Shown: positions 18,236 through 26,646, counted from the stretch's first letter. The stretch is 27,320 bases of DNA from Candidatus Lambdaproteobacteria bacterium (GCA_012964265.1 DTUH01000213.1:1-27320); one strand, 5' to 3'. The notes: generated from the letters alone by a model not told the origin. A program made the numbers and translations.

Positions 18236-19879
18236 TTAACTTTTCCCTGAATAATGTTCCGTGCCGTTTTTGTTCATCCCAGTCATCATCTGTCCAATCA
18301 AACTTACTGAGGCTTCCTCTCGCGAAAGAATGCCGACTATGCGTCCGTCAAAGATCACGGCGATCCGGTCGGCGACCGCCAGCAATTCATCCAAATCCTC
18401 AGAAATCCACAGCACCGCTAAACCGCAATCCCGTGCCTGACAAATTTGGTTCCGGATGAAACTGGTTGCGTGAATATCCAAACCGCGAGTAGGTTGAGAA
18501 GCCAGCAGTAAACTCAGTGGCCGCGAAATTTCCCTAGCAAGAATTACTTTCTGCATGTTTCCTCCGGAAAGCAGTCCAACCTGAGTTTTTGCTGAAGGTG
18601 CGCGAATGTCAAACTCCTGCATTTTCTCTTGACCATAATCGAAGATATTTGAAAGCTTGAGGAGTTGTTTCGAACAAAACTCCGGATTGCGAAAATCCCG
18701 CAGCAGGAAATTATAAGCAATTGACATTCCGGAAGAAACTCCATACTTCTTGCGATCCTCCGGAATATAGCCGACTCCGCGGTCAATCATTTCGTTCACA
18801 GTAGGATTTTTCAAAGACACATCTTCAAACTGAAACGTACCCTGAGTATGAGGACGCAAACCGCTCAAAACGTCAGTCAATTCCGGTTGACCATTTCCGG
18901 AAACTCCGGCCATACCTAATATCTCTCCGGACCGTATTTCCAGCGAAATTCCCTTCAAAGCCGGATGTCCCAAATCATTCGCCGCATGAATTTCTTTTAG
19001 GGCTATAGTCAACTTTCCGGACGTTTGCTTTTGCTGATGCGAATCTGAACTGACTTCATCCCTTTCTTCAATTACTGTTTTACGCAGAAATTCAGAAACT
19101 TTAATTAAGTCCTTAGCTTCCAAATTACCGATCATCAAATCAGCCAACTCTTCCGGATTTGTTTCATCTCTCCGCAAAGTTGCCATCACCTTTCCACGAC
19201 TCAAAACGGTAATTCGATGCGAGAGCGCCATCACTTCTTTCATTTTATGCGTGATAAAAATGATGGAATGTTTTTCATCCGTCATGCGCTGCATAATTTC
19301 ATACAAGGCTTCCGATTCCCGTGGAGTCAAAACTGCTGTGGGCTCGTCCAGAATCAAAATGCGCGCGCCTCTAAACAGCACTTTGACAATTTCAACACGT
19401 TGCTGTTCGCCTACAGAAAGCTCCTGAATTTTCTTTTCCGGATCTACAAACAAATCATAGCGCTCACTGATTTCCCTGATTTGCTGATGGACCTCTTTCA
19501 AATTAAGTCCTACAACTCCGGGCATTCCAAGGATAATATTTTCTGCAACAGTATGGTTCCTTACCAGCATAAAGTGCTGAAAAACCATGCCGATACTTTT
19601 CTCAATCGCCTGACGTGGATTGGTGAAATTTACCTGTTCGCCAAAGACTCGCATCTCTCCGGCATCTGCGGGATAAAGTCCGGCTATCATGTTCATCAAG
19701 GTTGATTTACCGGCGCCATTTTCACCAAGAATTGTATGAATCTCTCCCTCACGCAAATTAAAATCAACCGAATCATTTGCGACAATTCCAGGGAATTTTT
19801 TTGTAATTCCTCTCAATTCCAGAGATAGTTGCTGCGGTTGTTGCAGAGTTTCCATTTCAGTTGAGTTCATTTTATACAA
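18236..19879 (-). CDS. ABC transporter ATP-binding protein with two NBDs, nucleoside/purine (CUT2) type
   Basis: GENGAGKST, LSVGEQQRVEI, LDEPT, GVSGNGQ, LSGGNMQK and QPTRGLD. TTG start is uncertain (ATG 19870 or 19855 are alternatives). Confidence 0.92.
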   Translation of the reverse strand: MYKMNSTEMETLQQPQQLSLELRGITKKFPGIVANDSVDFNLREGEIHTILGENGAGKSTLMNMIAGLYPADAGEMRVFGEQVNFTNPRQAIEKSIGMVFQHFMLVRNHTVAENIILGMPGVVGLNLKEVHQQIREISERYDLFVDPEKKIQELSVGEQQRVEIVKVLFRGARILILDEPTAVLTPRESEALYEIMQRMTDEKHSIIFITHKMKEVMALSHRITVLSRGKVMATLRRDETNPEELADLMIGNLEAKDLIKVSEFLRKTVIEERDEVSSDSHQQKQTSGKLTIALKEIHAANDLGHPALKGISLEIRSGEILGMAGVSGNGQPELTDVLSGLRPHTQGTFQFEDVSLKNPTVNEMIDRGVGYIPEDRKKYGVSSGMSIAYNFLLRDFRNPEFCSKQLLKLSNIFDYGQEKMQEFDIRAPSAKTQVGLLSGGNMQKVILAREISRPLSLLLASQPTRGLDIHATSFIRNQICQARDCGLAVLWISEDLDELLAVADRIAVIFDGRIVGILSREEASVSLIGQMMTGMNKNGTEHYSGKS

Positions 19880-20067
19880 TCAGTGAAGTAGTGGAATCCA
19901 TATTTTTTGGATACCTGAACGAAGAAAAACTTTCTGCTTAAGCGTAATACTAGCCCTTTTCTTGAGTAAACGGCAAGTTTTTTTAGCGATTAAATAATGA
20001 AATTAAGGAAGGGTTTTTGGAGGATCAAAGTGAGATCCGGCAGCCACCTTTAAGCAGAAAAGAACTT

Positions 20068-21684
20068 TTAAGCTGAGCCGCCGTTTTGGATTAAACCCAG
20101 CACCGTTTTTGGAACTTGATTAGCCTGTGCGATCATTGCAGTGCTTGCCTGCAGCATGATTTGATCTTTAGTGAGATTCGACATTTCAGCGGCCATATCT
20201 GAATCCCGGAGAGTCGATTCTGCCTGAGTGATATTTTCTTCCGCGATTTTGAGGCTGATCAGGTTACTCTCCAGCGTATTTTTTTGAAATGAACCCAATT
20301 CCCCGCGGTAAACAGAGATTTGATCAATAACCTGCCCGACAATTATTGCCGCGTCTTTTGCACCCTGTGGCGTTTTTACATCAATGTCAGCAAGACTCTG
20401 GAAACCGCTCTTGTTTTTTATTCCGTTACCCATGAGACTGGTACGGACGTTTGCAAAAGAGAATGCGGAGTTTGATTTTTTATCAAGCCCAACCTGAAAT
20501 TCTTTTGACAGCTGAGAAACATGTACATAACCTTCAATTTTAGGATTATTCGGTCCACCGACAATGTCTTCGTTTTTTTGCTCAATCAACTCTGTGCCGG
20601 TCTGTTCACCTGCATCATCAAAAATCGGAATTTCATTAAAGCCTAATTCCTTATCATACTTGATTGTTATACCAGCGGCTTCCATTCCCTGCAAAGTCGT
20701 CAACAGTTGCCCCTCGCCCAAAGCCATTTCATCGTTGATTGTACCTTCTACATTTTTTCCGCGTTCAGACGTTTGGGCAATATTCGCTTCCGCGGAAAGT
20801 ATTCCCGCAACCGAACTTGTAACAGAAAACGAACTTGAATCTCCGAAATAATTGTGCCGCACCAGTAATTTATTGTCCGGAGTCTCCATGACCTGAAGAT
20901 TTAAACCATTATCCGCAATTTCTTGATTCAAAGCATAAACAACTAATCCGCGTATTTGCGCCGACATTTCGGACGCGGGAAAACGTACGGGATCCTGATC
21001 AACATCCTTAAGCATTTGCTCAATGTCCCGGCCCATCTGACTGCCGGAGGTATTCAATGAAATACTTCTTCCACCTTCATTCAGCAGAATTTGCAGACCG
21101 TTCCGGATGTTATTGACATCAATTACGACTGTACCACTTTTCCGGGCTCGTGTTGCAATTTGATGAATATCCACTTTCCAGCCTTGTTCAGGAGTAGCTG
21201 ATGTCGTTGCTTCTGCAGAGACAAAGCGCAGAGAATCGCCCACAGTAGTACCATGTGCTCCCATGCTGCCGTCGAGCAGCCTCTTTCCGCCAAATTCAGT
21301 ATTTTGCGAAATTCGATCAATAGTACCAAGTAAATCCTCAATTTCCGCTTGATCGGCAGTTAACATGTCTGAGCTGTTAGTTGCTTCATTCATGGCATGT
21401 ATGGTCAATTGTTTGATTTTAATCAAGAGGTCACTGACTTCATTTAAGGCACCTTCCGCGGTTTGCATCAATGAAACAGAAGATGAAACATTGTTATAAA
21501 CCTGCTTAAGTCCTACAATATTTCCTCGCAATCTTTCTGACGCAATCAGTGAGGCAGGACCATCTGCACCTGTATTTATCTTGACCCCGGAACTAAGACG
21601 CGCAATACCGCCTTTCACCTTGCTGAAGTGATTGGAAGCATGTCTCAATGTGTTTAAGGCTGATGGGTTTTGTCTTATTTTCAT
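20068..21684 (-). CDS. fliC: Flagellin with a large central variable region
   Basis: N-terminal RLSSG.KIN...D, QTAEGAL.E and NTEFGGKRLLDGS; C-terminal RGELGSFQ, AES.LRD.DMA.E and AQANQVP. Confidence 0.93.
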   Translation of the reverse strand: MKIRQNPSALNTLRHASNHFSKVKGGIARLSSGVKINTGADGPASLIASERLRGNIVGLKQVYNNVSSSVSLMQTAEGALNEVSDLLIKIKQLTIHAMNEATNSSDMLTADQAEIEDLLGTIDRISQNTEFGGKRLLDGSMGAHGTTVGDSLRFVSAEATTSATPEQGWKVDIHQIATRARKSGTVVIDVNNIRNGLQILLNEGGRSISLNTSGSQMGRDIEQMLKDVDQDPVRFPASEMSAQIRGLVVYALNQEIADNGLNLQVMETPDNKLLVRHNYFGDSSSFSVTSSVAGILSAEANIAQTSERGKNVEGTINDEMALGEGQLLTTLQGMEAAGITIKYDKELGFNEIPIFDDAGEQTGTELIEQKNEDIVGGPNNPKIEGYVHVSQLSKEFQVGLDKKSNSAFSFANVRTSLMGNGIKNKSGFQSLADIDVKTPQGAKDAAIIVGQVIDQISVYRGELGSFQKNTLESNLISLKIAEENITQAESTLRDSDMAAEMSNLTKDQIMLQASTAMIAQANQVPKTVLGLIQNGGSA

Positions 21685-21782
21685 TGCCGTCTAATAAACT
21701 TAAAGTTTAATCAAAGCACATTTTTGTGTGGTGCTTAGAACAGATTTCTCCGGACTTTATCCAGAGAAATCTCTCGTGTTTT

Positions 21783-21809
21783 AAATCGGCAATTTTCAAA
21801 AAATCTTTA
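21783..21809 (-). promoter_or_regulatory. sigma28 (FliA) promoter of the flagellin gene
   Basis: Minus strand TAAA (21809-21806), N15, GCCGATTT (21790-21783); consensus is TAAA-N15-GCCGATAA. It lies about 100 bp upstream of the flagellin ATG. Confidence 0.72.
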
Positions 21810-21835
21810 ACAATATTTCAAGTTTATCGGCGGCT

Positions 21836-22417
21836 TCACTTTTTAGCCAGTCCAAGTATAAATATTTCCACACTTTCTGAACGTGAACTTTTTGGTTTAC
21901 ATAACTTGACCTGGGCAAATGAATTACTAAATTCTCGTCGCAATTCTTCCAGCGGCGCCCCCTGAAAAGCTTTCACCAGCAACGTTCCCTGTGTACGCAA
22001 CAAATCGTCTGCCAACTGCAAAACCTGCTGGTTCAGCGCATAAGAACGCAGCGCGTCAGTTCCACGAATTCCAGTAGTTTTTGGAGCCATATCACTCAGG
22101 ATCACGTCAACCATCCCACCGTTCATTTCCAGATCCTTTGCAGTAAGTTCAAAAATATCTGCCTGCAAAACTTTGACATTTGCCGGTAGTGAAAGATTAA
22201 CGGCCTGCAAGTCCACCCCGAAAACCTGCCCCTTCAGACCTACTTTTCTGCTCGTGTACTGTAACCACGAACCCGGAAAGCATCCTAAGTCCAGCACCAA
22301 ATTTCCATTTTGGATGATCCGATGTTTCTTATCAATCTCCTCCAGTTTATAGGCAGACCGGGCAACATAACCCTCACGCTTTGCTTTGTGAAAATAATGA
22401 TCCTTTATTTTTTTCAA
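21836..22417 (-). CDS. rlmE: 23S rRNA Um2552 2'-O-methyltransferase (RlmE/FtsJ)
   Basis: GYVARSAYKL.EID, LDLGCFPGSWLQ, SDMAP, LLVKAF and SRSESVE. TTG start overlaps the radC stop. Confidence 0.93.
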   Translation of the reverse strand: MKKIKDHYFHKAKREGYVARSAYKLEEIDKKHRIIQNGNLVLDLGCFPGSWLQYTSRKVGLKGQVFGVDLQAVNLSLPANVKVLQADIFELTAKDLEMNGGMVDVILSDMAPKTTGIRGTDALRSYALNQQVLQLADDLLRTQGTLLVKAFQGAPLEELRREFSNSFAQVKLCKPKSSRSESVEIFILGLAKK

Positions 22418-23805
22418 AGTAATCCTTGATCAGCAAAACTTGTGTAACTCTCATTTCCAACAATCACATGATCCAGTACCGGTATGCCCACCAGTTTCCC
22501 AACCTCTACCAGACGTTCTGTAATCCGTAAATCCTCCTGCGAAGGTTCCGGATCCCCTGACGGATGGTTATGGATGCAAATCAGAGCTGCCGCACGATGC
22601 TCAATGGCTGAGGCAAAAACCTCTCTGGGATGTACCAGACTTTTATTAAGAATTCCTTTGCTGACATCTTCTTCAGCTAAATAACGGTGTTTATTGTCCA
22701 ATAAAACAATGATAAATTGCTCCTGTTTTTTCCGTGACAATTGTTGATGAAAATGATTAAAAATATCACGGCTTGAACTAAACTGATCCTGCGGTTTCAG
22801 CTTTTCAATTCCGTAGTTTTTGCACAGTTCCCTCATGGCCTCTACGCGCAAAATCAGCTTTGAATCGAGCGGCTGCTGTTTTTCCAAATCCCGCAAACCT
22901 TCACGACTCCAATCTTTGAGCGGCGCTCCCCGGTTAAGTGAAGCCTGAAGTGCTTCGGCTTCTTCCGGATTAGAAGTCAGCAGCCAGCGCATCAATTCCG
23001 GAATATCTTCTGCTGAAATTTGATTCCTCTGTATTTTTTCTTCAATCGTCACCATTGCAGTATTGCCTTCATTTGCGTACCAAAGGCATTCTGCGTTAAG
23101 TTCACAATTATCGCAGTCAGGCAAATCACCGCAAACCCCTGCTAAGTCGGCATATCTCCCATCTCCGGAAAATGCCGCAGCCATCCGGTCTGCTTCAAAA
23201 GCACTGTTAAAGACGGTTTGCTCCTCACAGATTGCTATCCATATTTTGGGATGTGATTCAGAAATATTTTTGGAATCCGGTAAAGATCCATGTGAAAAGC
23301 GCCACCATGCACGAAAACCATTTTGACTGTGTGGTACAGTTACACCTTCCTGCCAGAGCCACTGAAGGGCGACCCAGACTTCGTGTTCCTGAAATATTTT
23401 CCACCACAAAGTCAATATTTCAAATGTTTTCAGTTGCAGCGAATTAAGGTTTGTTTTTTTAACAATTTCCATAAAAAGCATCACAACACCTGCCAGCTTT
23501 TCTCTTTGAAAATCGTTCAGTCCCTGGCATTTCCCCAGCATTCGCAGAGCCTCATCTCCACGGCAATAATGCGGATCAAGCAGATTTATTCCCTCGAAGA
23601 GCGGCTGCAGTCCCGCAAATCTGGTCAACTCTTCACTCACTTCAAACAAAGGAAGAATGCGCTCTAGCAAATTCGCTGCAAGATTTTTCCGACTAAGGAG
23701 ATTTATGTTACTTGAGTTAATCTGGGCGATTGTCCAAGGGTGCTGTATCAGGCAAGGACCTGCTTTTTCCCGTAAAGCCTGAAAAAAATGTGACTGCGCT
23801 GTCAT
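22414..23805 (-). CDS. radC: RadC/UPF0758 JAB-domain protein with a ~250 aa N-terminal extension bearing an EndoIII-like 4-Cys motif
   Basis: C-terminal EQFIIVLLD, VHPREVF, HNHPSGDPEPSQED and VLDHVIVG. CGDLPDCDNCELNAEC lies at 23086-23133. Confidence 0.88.
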   Translation of the reverse strand: MTAQSHFFQALREKAGPCLIQHPWTIAQINSSNINLLSRKNLAANLLERILPLFEVSEELTRFAGLQPLFEGINLLDPHYCRGDEALRMLGKCQGLNDFQREKLAGVVMLFMEIVKKTNLNSLQLKTFEILTLWWKIFQEHEVWVALQWLWQEGVTVPHSQNGFRAWWRFSHGSLPDSKNISESHPKIWIAICEEQTVFNSAFEADRMAAAFSGDGRYADLAGVCGDLPDCDNCELNAECLWYANEGNTAMVTIEEKIQRNQISAEDIPELMRWLLTSNPEEAEALQASLNRGAPLKDWSREGLRDLEKQQPLDSKLILRVEAMRELCKNYGIEKLKPQDQFSSSRDIFNHFHQQLSRKKQEQFIIVLLDNKHRYLAEEDVSKGILNKSLVHPREVFASAIEHRAAALICIHNHPSGDPEPSQEDLRITERLVEVGKLVGIPVLDHVIVGNESYTSFADQGLL

Positions 23806-24105
23806 TATTGTCCCGTGCTGCTTTGTACTGTTAAAACTTCAGAAAAACGCTGCAACACATTTTAAGAAAATGTATTGTAATTCTTAGGTATTTAAGACAG
23901 AATGCTCTGAAGAAACAAGAGAACCTGCAACATAATGTAAAGGCTCTCTTTGTCTTTAGCCTATCATGTTTCAGGCTTATTACTATTTATTTTTTGGGGA
24001 AGTTCCAAGTGTTAGGTCAGTAAATGGCAGCTGAAATCGGATAGCACTATAATATACTGATAATATTGATAATATAATTAATAGTCGAATTTATTTAAGG
24101 ATCTC

Positions 24106-25074
24106 ATGTTAGACAAAATTGGAACCCTTTTAGGAATGATGATAGGAGTATCGTTGGTAATTTTCGGGATAATTTGGCCGGATCACCTTTCGAATTATTA
24201 CATGTACCAGTTCAGAGAATTTGAGATGACTCTGGAAGCATTAAAAGCGTCTCAAGCTTCCATCGAAGAAATACGGGCTCTGAAAGCAAATTTTGCTGAG
24301 TTTCAGGACTCATGGCTTGGCTCTGTTTCCCGCTTCGCGGATTTAAAATCATTACTGATTGTGCTTGGTGGATCCTATGCGGCGACCTTAATTGCCTTCC
24401 GTTTTGGCGATGCAATGCGCGCAATTGTCTTTATCGCCAAGGCCTTTTTAAAAGGAAAGGCGGACAAGGATTTCCTGGATGTTTATCATACAATAATCGG
24501 CCTCTGTGAAAAACGGGCCAATAAAGAATTAATTACTGATGAAGAAATCAGTGCAGTCAAAAACACAGACCTGCAAAACTGGCTGCAGGATTTTATTGCT
24601 GTCGATTTGGTTACCGAAGAAATGATTGAGGAAATTGTGCGTTCCGAAATAGAAATGTACAACTATCGTTCTTTTGAAGAAATAGATATGCTGGAATTTA
24701 TGGGACGTGCCTCACCGGCCTTTGGCATGATTGGTACAGTTGTCGGGCTGATTCTGATGCTGGGCAGTGTTGGCGGAGAAGGTGGCGCGGACATAGCAGG
24801 GTTGATGGGAGGCATGGCCGTTGCGTTGATAACTACCCTTTACGGGGTTTTACTCTCGCAGTTAATCTTTTTGCCAATCGCCTCCAAGCGTTTTCAACTC
24901 AAGGAATCGCAAGTCCTGCTAATGGAAATGATCAGGGAAGGACTGCTCTATCTGAAACGCAGAGAACTTCCCGAAACCGCCGCCAAAGATTTAATAATTT
25001 ATCTTCCTCCCAAGCTGCGAAAGAAGGTAATTAAAGAAGAACAGGCTGCAATGGGTCAAGGGTTGGGGTTGTAA
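24106..25074 (+). CDS. motA: MotA/PomA-family stator A subunit, divergent, with an insertion between TM1 and TM2
   Basis: SLLIVLGGS, SPAFGMIGTVVGLILML and MAVALITTLYG motifs. AAGGA RBS. Confidence 0.85.
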   Translation: MLDKIGTLLGMMIGVSLVIFGIIWPDHLSNYYMYQFREFEMTLEALKASQASIEEIRALKANFAEFQDSWLGSVSRFADLKSLLIVLGGSYAATLIAFRFGDAMRAIVFIAKAFLKGKADKDFLDVYHTIIGLCEKRANKELITDEEISAVKNTDLQNWLQDFIAVDLVTEEMIEEIVRSEIEMYNYRSFEEIDMLEFMGRASPAFGMIGTVVGLILMLGSVGGEGGADIAGLMGGMAVALITTLYGVLLSQLIFLPIASKRFQLKESQVLLMEMIREGLLYLKRRELPETAAKDLIIYLPPKLRKKVIKEEQAAMGQGLGL

Positions 25075-25075
25075 C

Positions 25076-25714
25076 ATGAGTCGAAGTGGTGGTTCTGAGG
25101 GAGGGTGGTTAACGACTTTTGCGGATTTAATGACCCTGTTATTCTGCTTTTTCGTTTTGCTGACCACGCTTTCCACACAACCTAAAAATTGCGGCGAACT
25201 GGAACAGTTTCTCAAAAATAACAAAGATAAGTTCAGTAAGTATGAACTTCGCTCTACCAAGCTCAGTTGCATCGTTTCGTTGCCGCAGGATTTCCTTTTT
25301 CGTTCCGGAGACGCCGTTCTCAAGAAAGGAGCTTACGAAGCTCTCTCACCACTTTTTTTTCAAATCCTTAAAATACCGGAACATAAATCAGATTTGCTGA
25401 CCGTGGAAGGTCACACGGACAATGTACCAATGCGCAGCAAAAAGTTTCCCAGTAACTGGGCGCTCAGTTCTGCGCGGGCTACCATAATTGCAAGCATGCT
25501 CATAAACCGTATCAAATATCCGGAAAATTCCATCTCAATTGTCGGATATGCTGACACTCGCCCCAAGACCGGTTACACGGATGCTGCCGGTTCACCCCTC
25601 AAAGGCAGTGCCCTTAAAAAAGCCCGTAAGATAAACCGGCGCGTCGAAATCATCCTCACAACTCCACCAAAATCCATAGAGTATGCAACTCTTCTTTTTG
25701 GAGAGGAGAATTAA
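25076..25714 (+). CDS. motB: MotB/PomB-family stator B subunit, short, with an OmpA-like peptidoglycan-binding domain
   Basis: WLTTFADLMTLLFCFFVLL with the conserved Asp; VEGHTDN, NWALSSARA, GYADTRP and NRRVEI. Confidence 0.88.
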   Translation: MSRSGGSEGGWLTTFADLMTLLFCFFVLLTTLSTQPKNCGELEQFLKNNKDKFSKYELRSTKLSCIVSLPQDFLFRSGDAVLKKGAYEALSPLFFQILKIPEHKSDLLTVEGHTDNVPMRSKKFPSNWALSSARATIIASMLINRIKYPENSISIVGYADTRPKTGYTDAAGSPLKGSALKKARKINRRVEIILTTPPKSIEYATLLFGEEN

Positions 25715-25932
25715 ACTGGATTCGTTTCAAAACCGAATAATTCCCGCACTGAAAATCGCAACACTTCGGATAGACGATCAAGCGTTTCAAAAGAAGGCGC
25801 ATGAATGCCGCGTTCCATGAAAGACACCATCTCCACGGACAAATCAAGCTTCTCCGCCAACTGCTCTTGAGTCAGACCACGGACTTTCCTCATCAGTTTT
25901 AATCGTTTTCCAAATTTCTTGCGCAACTCCAT
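25711..25932 (-). CDS. XRE-family helix-turn-helix regulator (C-protein-like size)
   Basis: FGKRLKLMRKVRGLTQEQLAEKLDLSVEMVSFMERG. Start is placed at ATG 25932; the ORF track gives 25941. Converges on motB with a 4-bp overlap. Confidence 0.88.
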   Translation of the reverse strand: MELRKKFGKRLKLMRKVRGLTQEQLAEKLDLSVEMVSFMERGIHAPSFETLDRLSEVLRFSVRELFGFETNPV

Positions 25933-25939
25933 GTTGCAC

Positions 25940-25968
25940 ATAATAACGTAGTATTATTTTGTGTACAA
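25940..25968 (-). promoter_or_regulatory. sigma70-like promoter positioned for a leaderless XRE transcript
   Basis: Minus strand TTGTAC (25968-25963), N17, TATTAT (25945-25940), 7 nt, ATG. No SD is present. Inverted repeat ATAATA-N6-TATTAT at 25940-25957 overlaps the -10. Confidence 0.5.
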
Positions 25969-26280
25969 CGTAGCCATACTGCGTTGTTCTCAGAGAAATG
26001 AACTATTATTATTCGGATTAGGACAATTTTCTTTTATCTTAAAAAATAGTTAATATTTGGGGGATCATTTGATTGTTCCTTTGCGGTTCCTCACTAAAAT
26101 AGGTTCATCTCCGAAGAAAAGAGGCCCCTCCATTTTTATGTCTGTGAATGCAAGGAAATTAGAAAGATCATTCAATTAGGAACTTTAGTATTTATTAGGT
26201 ATCGACCTCAATCTACCTGTCTGTAAAGTTTTGAATTGGTGACTTTATAGACTCTTTTATAATTTTACACAAAGGTCAAA

Positions 26281-26646
26281 ATGAAAATTTTCATAACAAT
26301 ATTGATTCTATTCTCAACTATTTTTTCCCTAAACGGATGTGCTAATATTGGTTCAATGAAAAAAACAAACCAACTTGAACCTGGAATGACCACAAGTCAG
26401 GTTAAAGGAATTTTGGGTAATCCAGGATCAACTGAATTTAAAGGGAACAAATGGATCTGGAAATATTCTTTACATAAACCATGGGTGGGGTTTGTTCCTC
26501 ACTATCTAGTATTTGGAAAAAAGTCAAAACTTCTTGAAGCATGGTTTGCAGATCAAAACGAGTACTTCAGACAACAAAGTCTTTGGTTACAGGCTTACCC
26601 ATCTACACAAAAACATGAAATTGATTTGAATATAAAGAATGACTAG
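26281..26646 (+). CDS. SmpA/OmlA (BamE-like) domain lipoprotein
   Basis: Signal peptide with lipobox LNGC; QLEPGMTTSQVKGILGNP...WKY pattern. Visibly more AT-rich than the core genes. Confidence 0.78.
   Translation: MKIFITILILFSTIFSLNGCANIGSMKKTNQLEPGMTTSQVKGILGNPGSTEFKGNKWIWKYSLHKPWVGFVPHYLVFGKKSKLLEAWFADQNEYFRQQSLWLQAYPSTQKHEIDLNIKND

Noticed and set aside
19880-19930. Purine riboswitch upstream of the ABC/xdh operon (hairpin AUCCA-AAAAAUA-UGGAU)
   Set aside because: Only a short hairpin; the conserved GUUUCUAC and CCGUAAA elements and the P1/P3 stems are absent.
20068-21684. Proteolytic flagellin (flagellinolysin)
   Set aside because: No HExxH motif in the variable region.
21824-21845. 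Second sigma28 promoter (perfect GCCGATAA at 21831-21824)
   Set aside because: The nearest TAAA is only 10 nt upstream rather than 15, so the spacing does not fit.
24040-24085. Fur-like GATAAT repeats upstream of motA
   Set aside because: Low-complexity AT-rich tract without proper dyad symmetry.
24106-25714. Zorya (ZorA/ZorB) anti-phage system
   Set aside because: The MotA homologue has no long C-terminal tail, its TM3/TM4 motifs are flagellar-stator-like, and no ZorC/D/E-like genes are adjacent.
1246-25847. Numerous short alternative-frame and antisense ORFs in the ORF track (e.g. 3952..4575, 14702..15166, 17380..17817, 19217..19705)
   Set aside because: They lie within well-supported genes on another frame or strand and show no protein motifs, so they are treated as shadow ORFs.
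26239-26254. C-box-like GTGACTTTATAGAC upstream of the lipoprotein
   Set aside because: Imperfect symmetry, single copy, and far from the XRE gene start.
26060-26270. Possible minus-strand pseudogene fragment (...LYRQVD*GRYLINTKVPN / LNDLSNFLAFTDIKMEGPLFFGDEPILVRNRKGTIK*)
   Set aside because: It needs both a stop and a frameshift to be joined and matches no family I recognise; tBLASTn/BLASTx would be needed.
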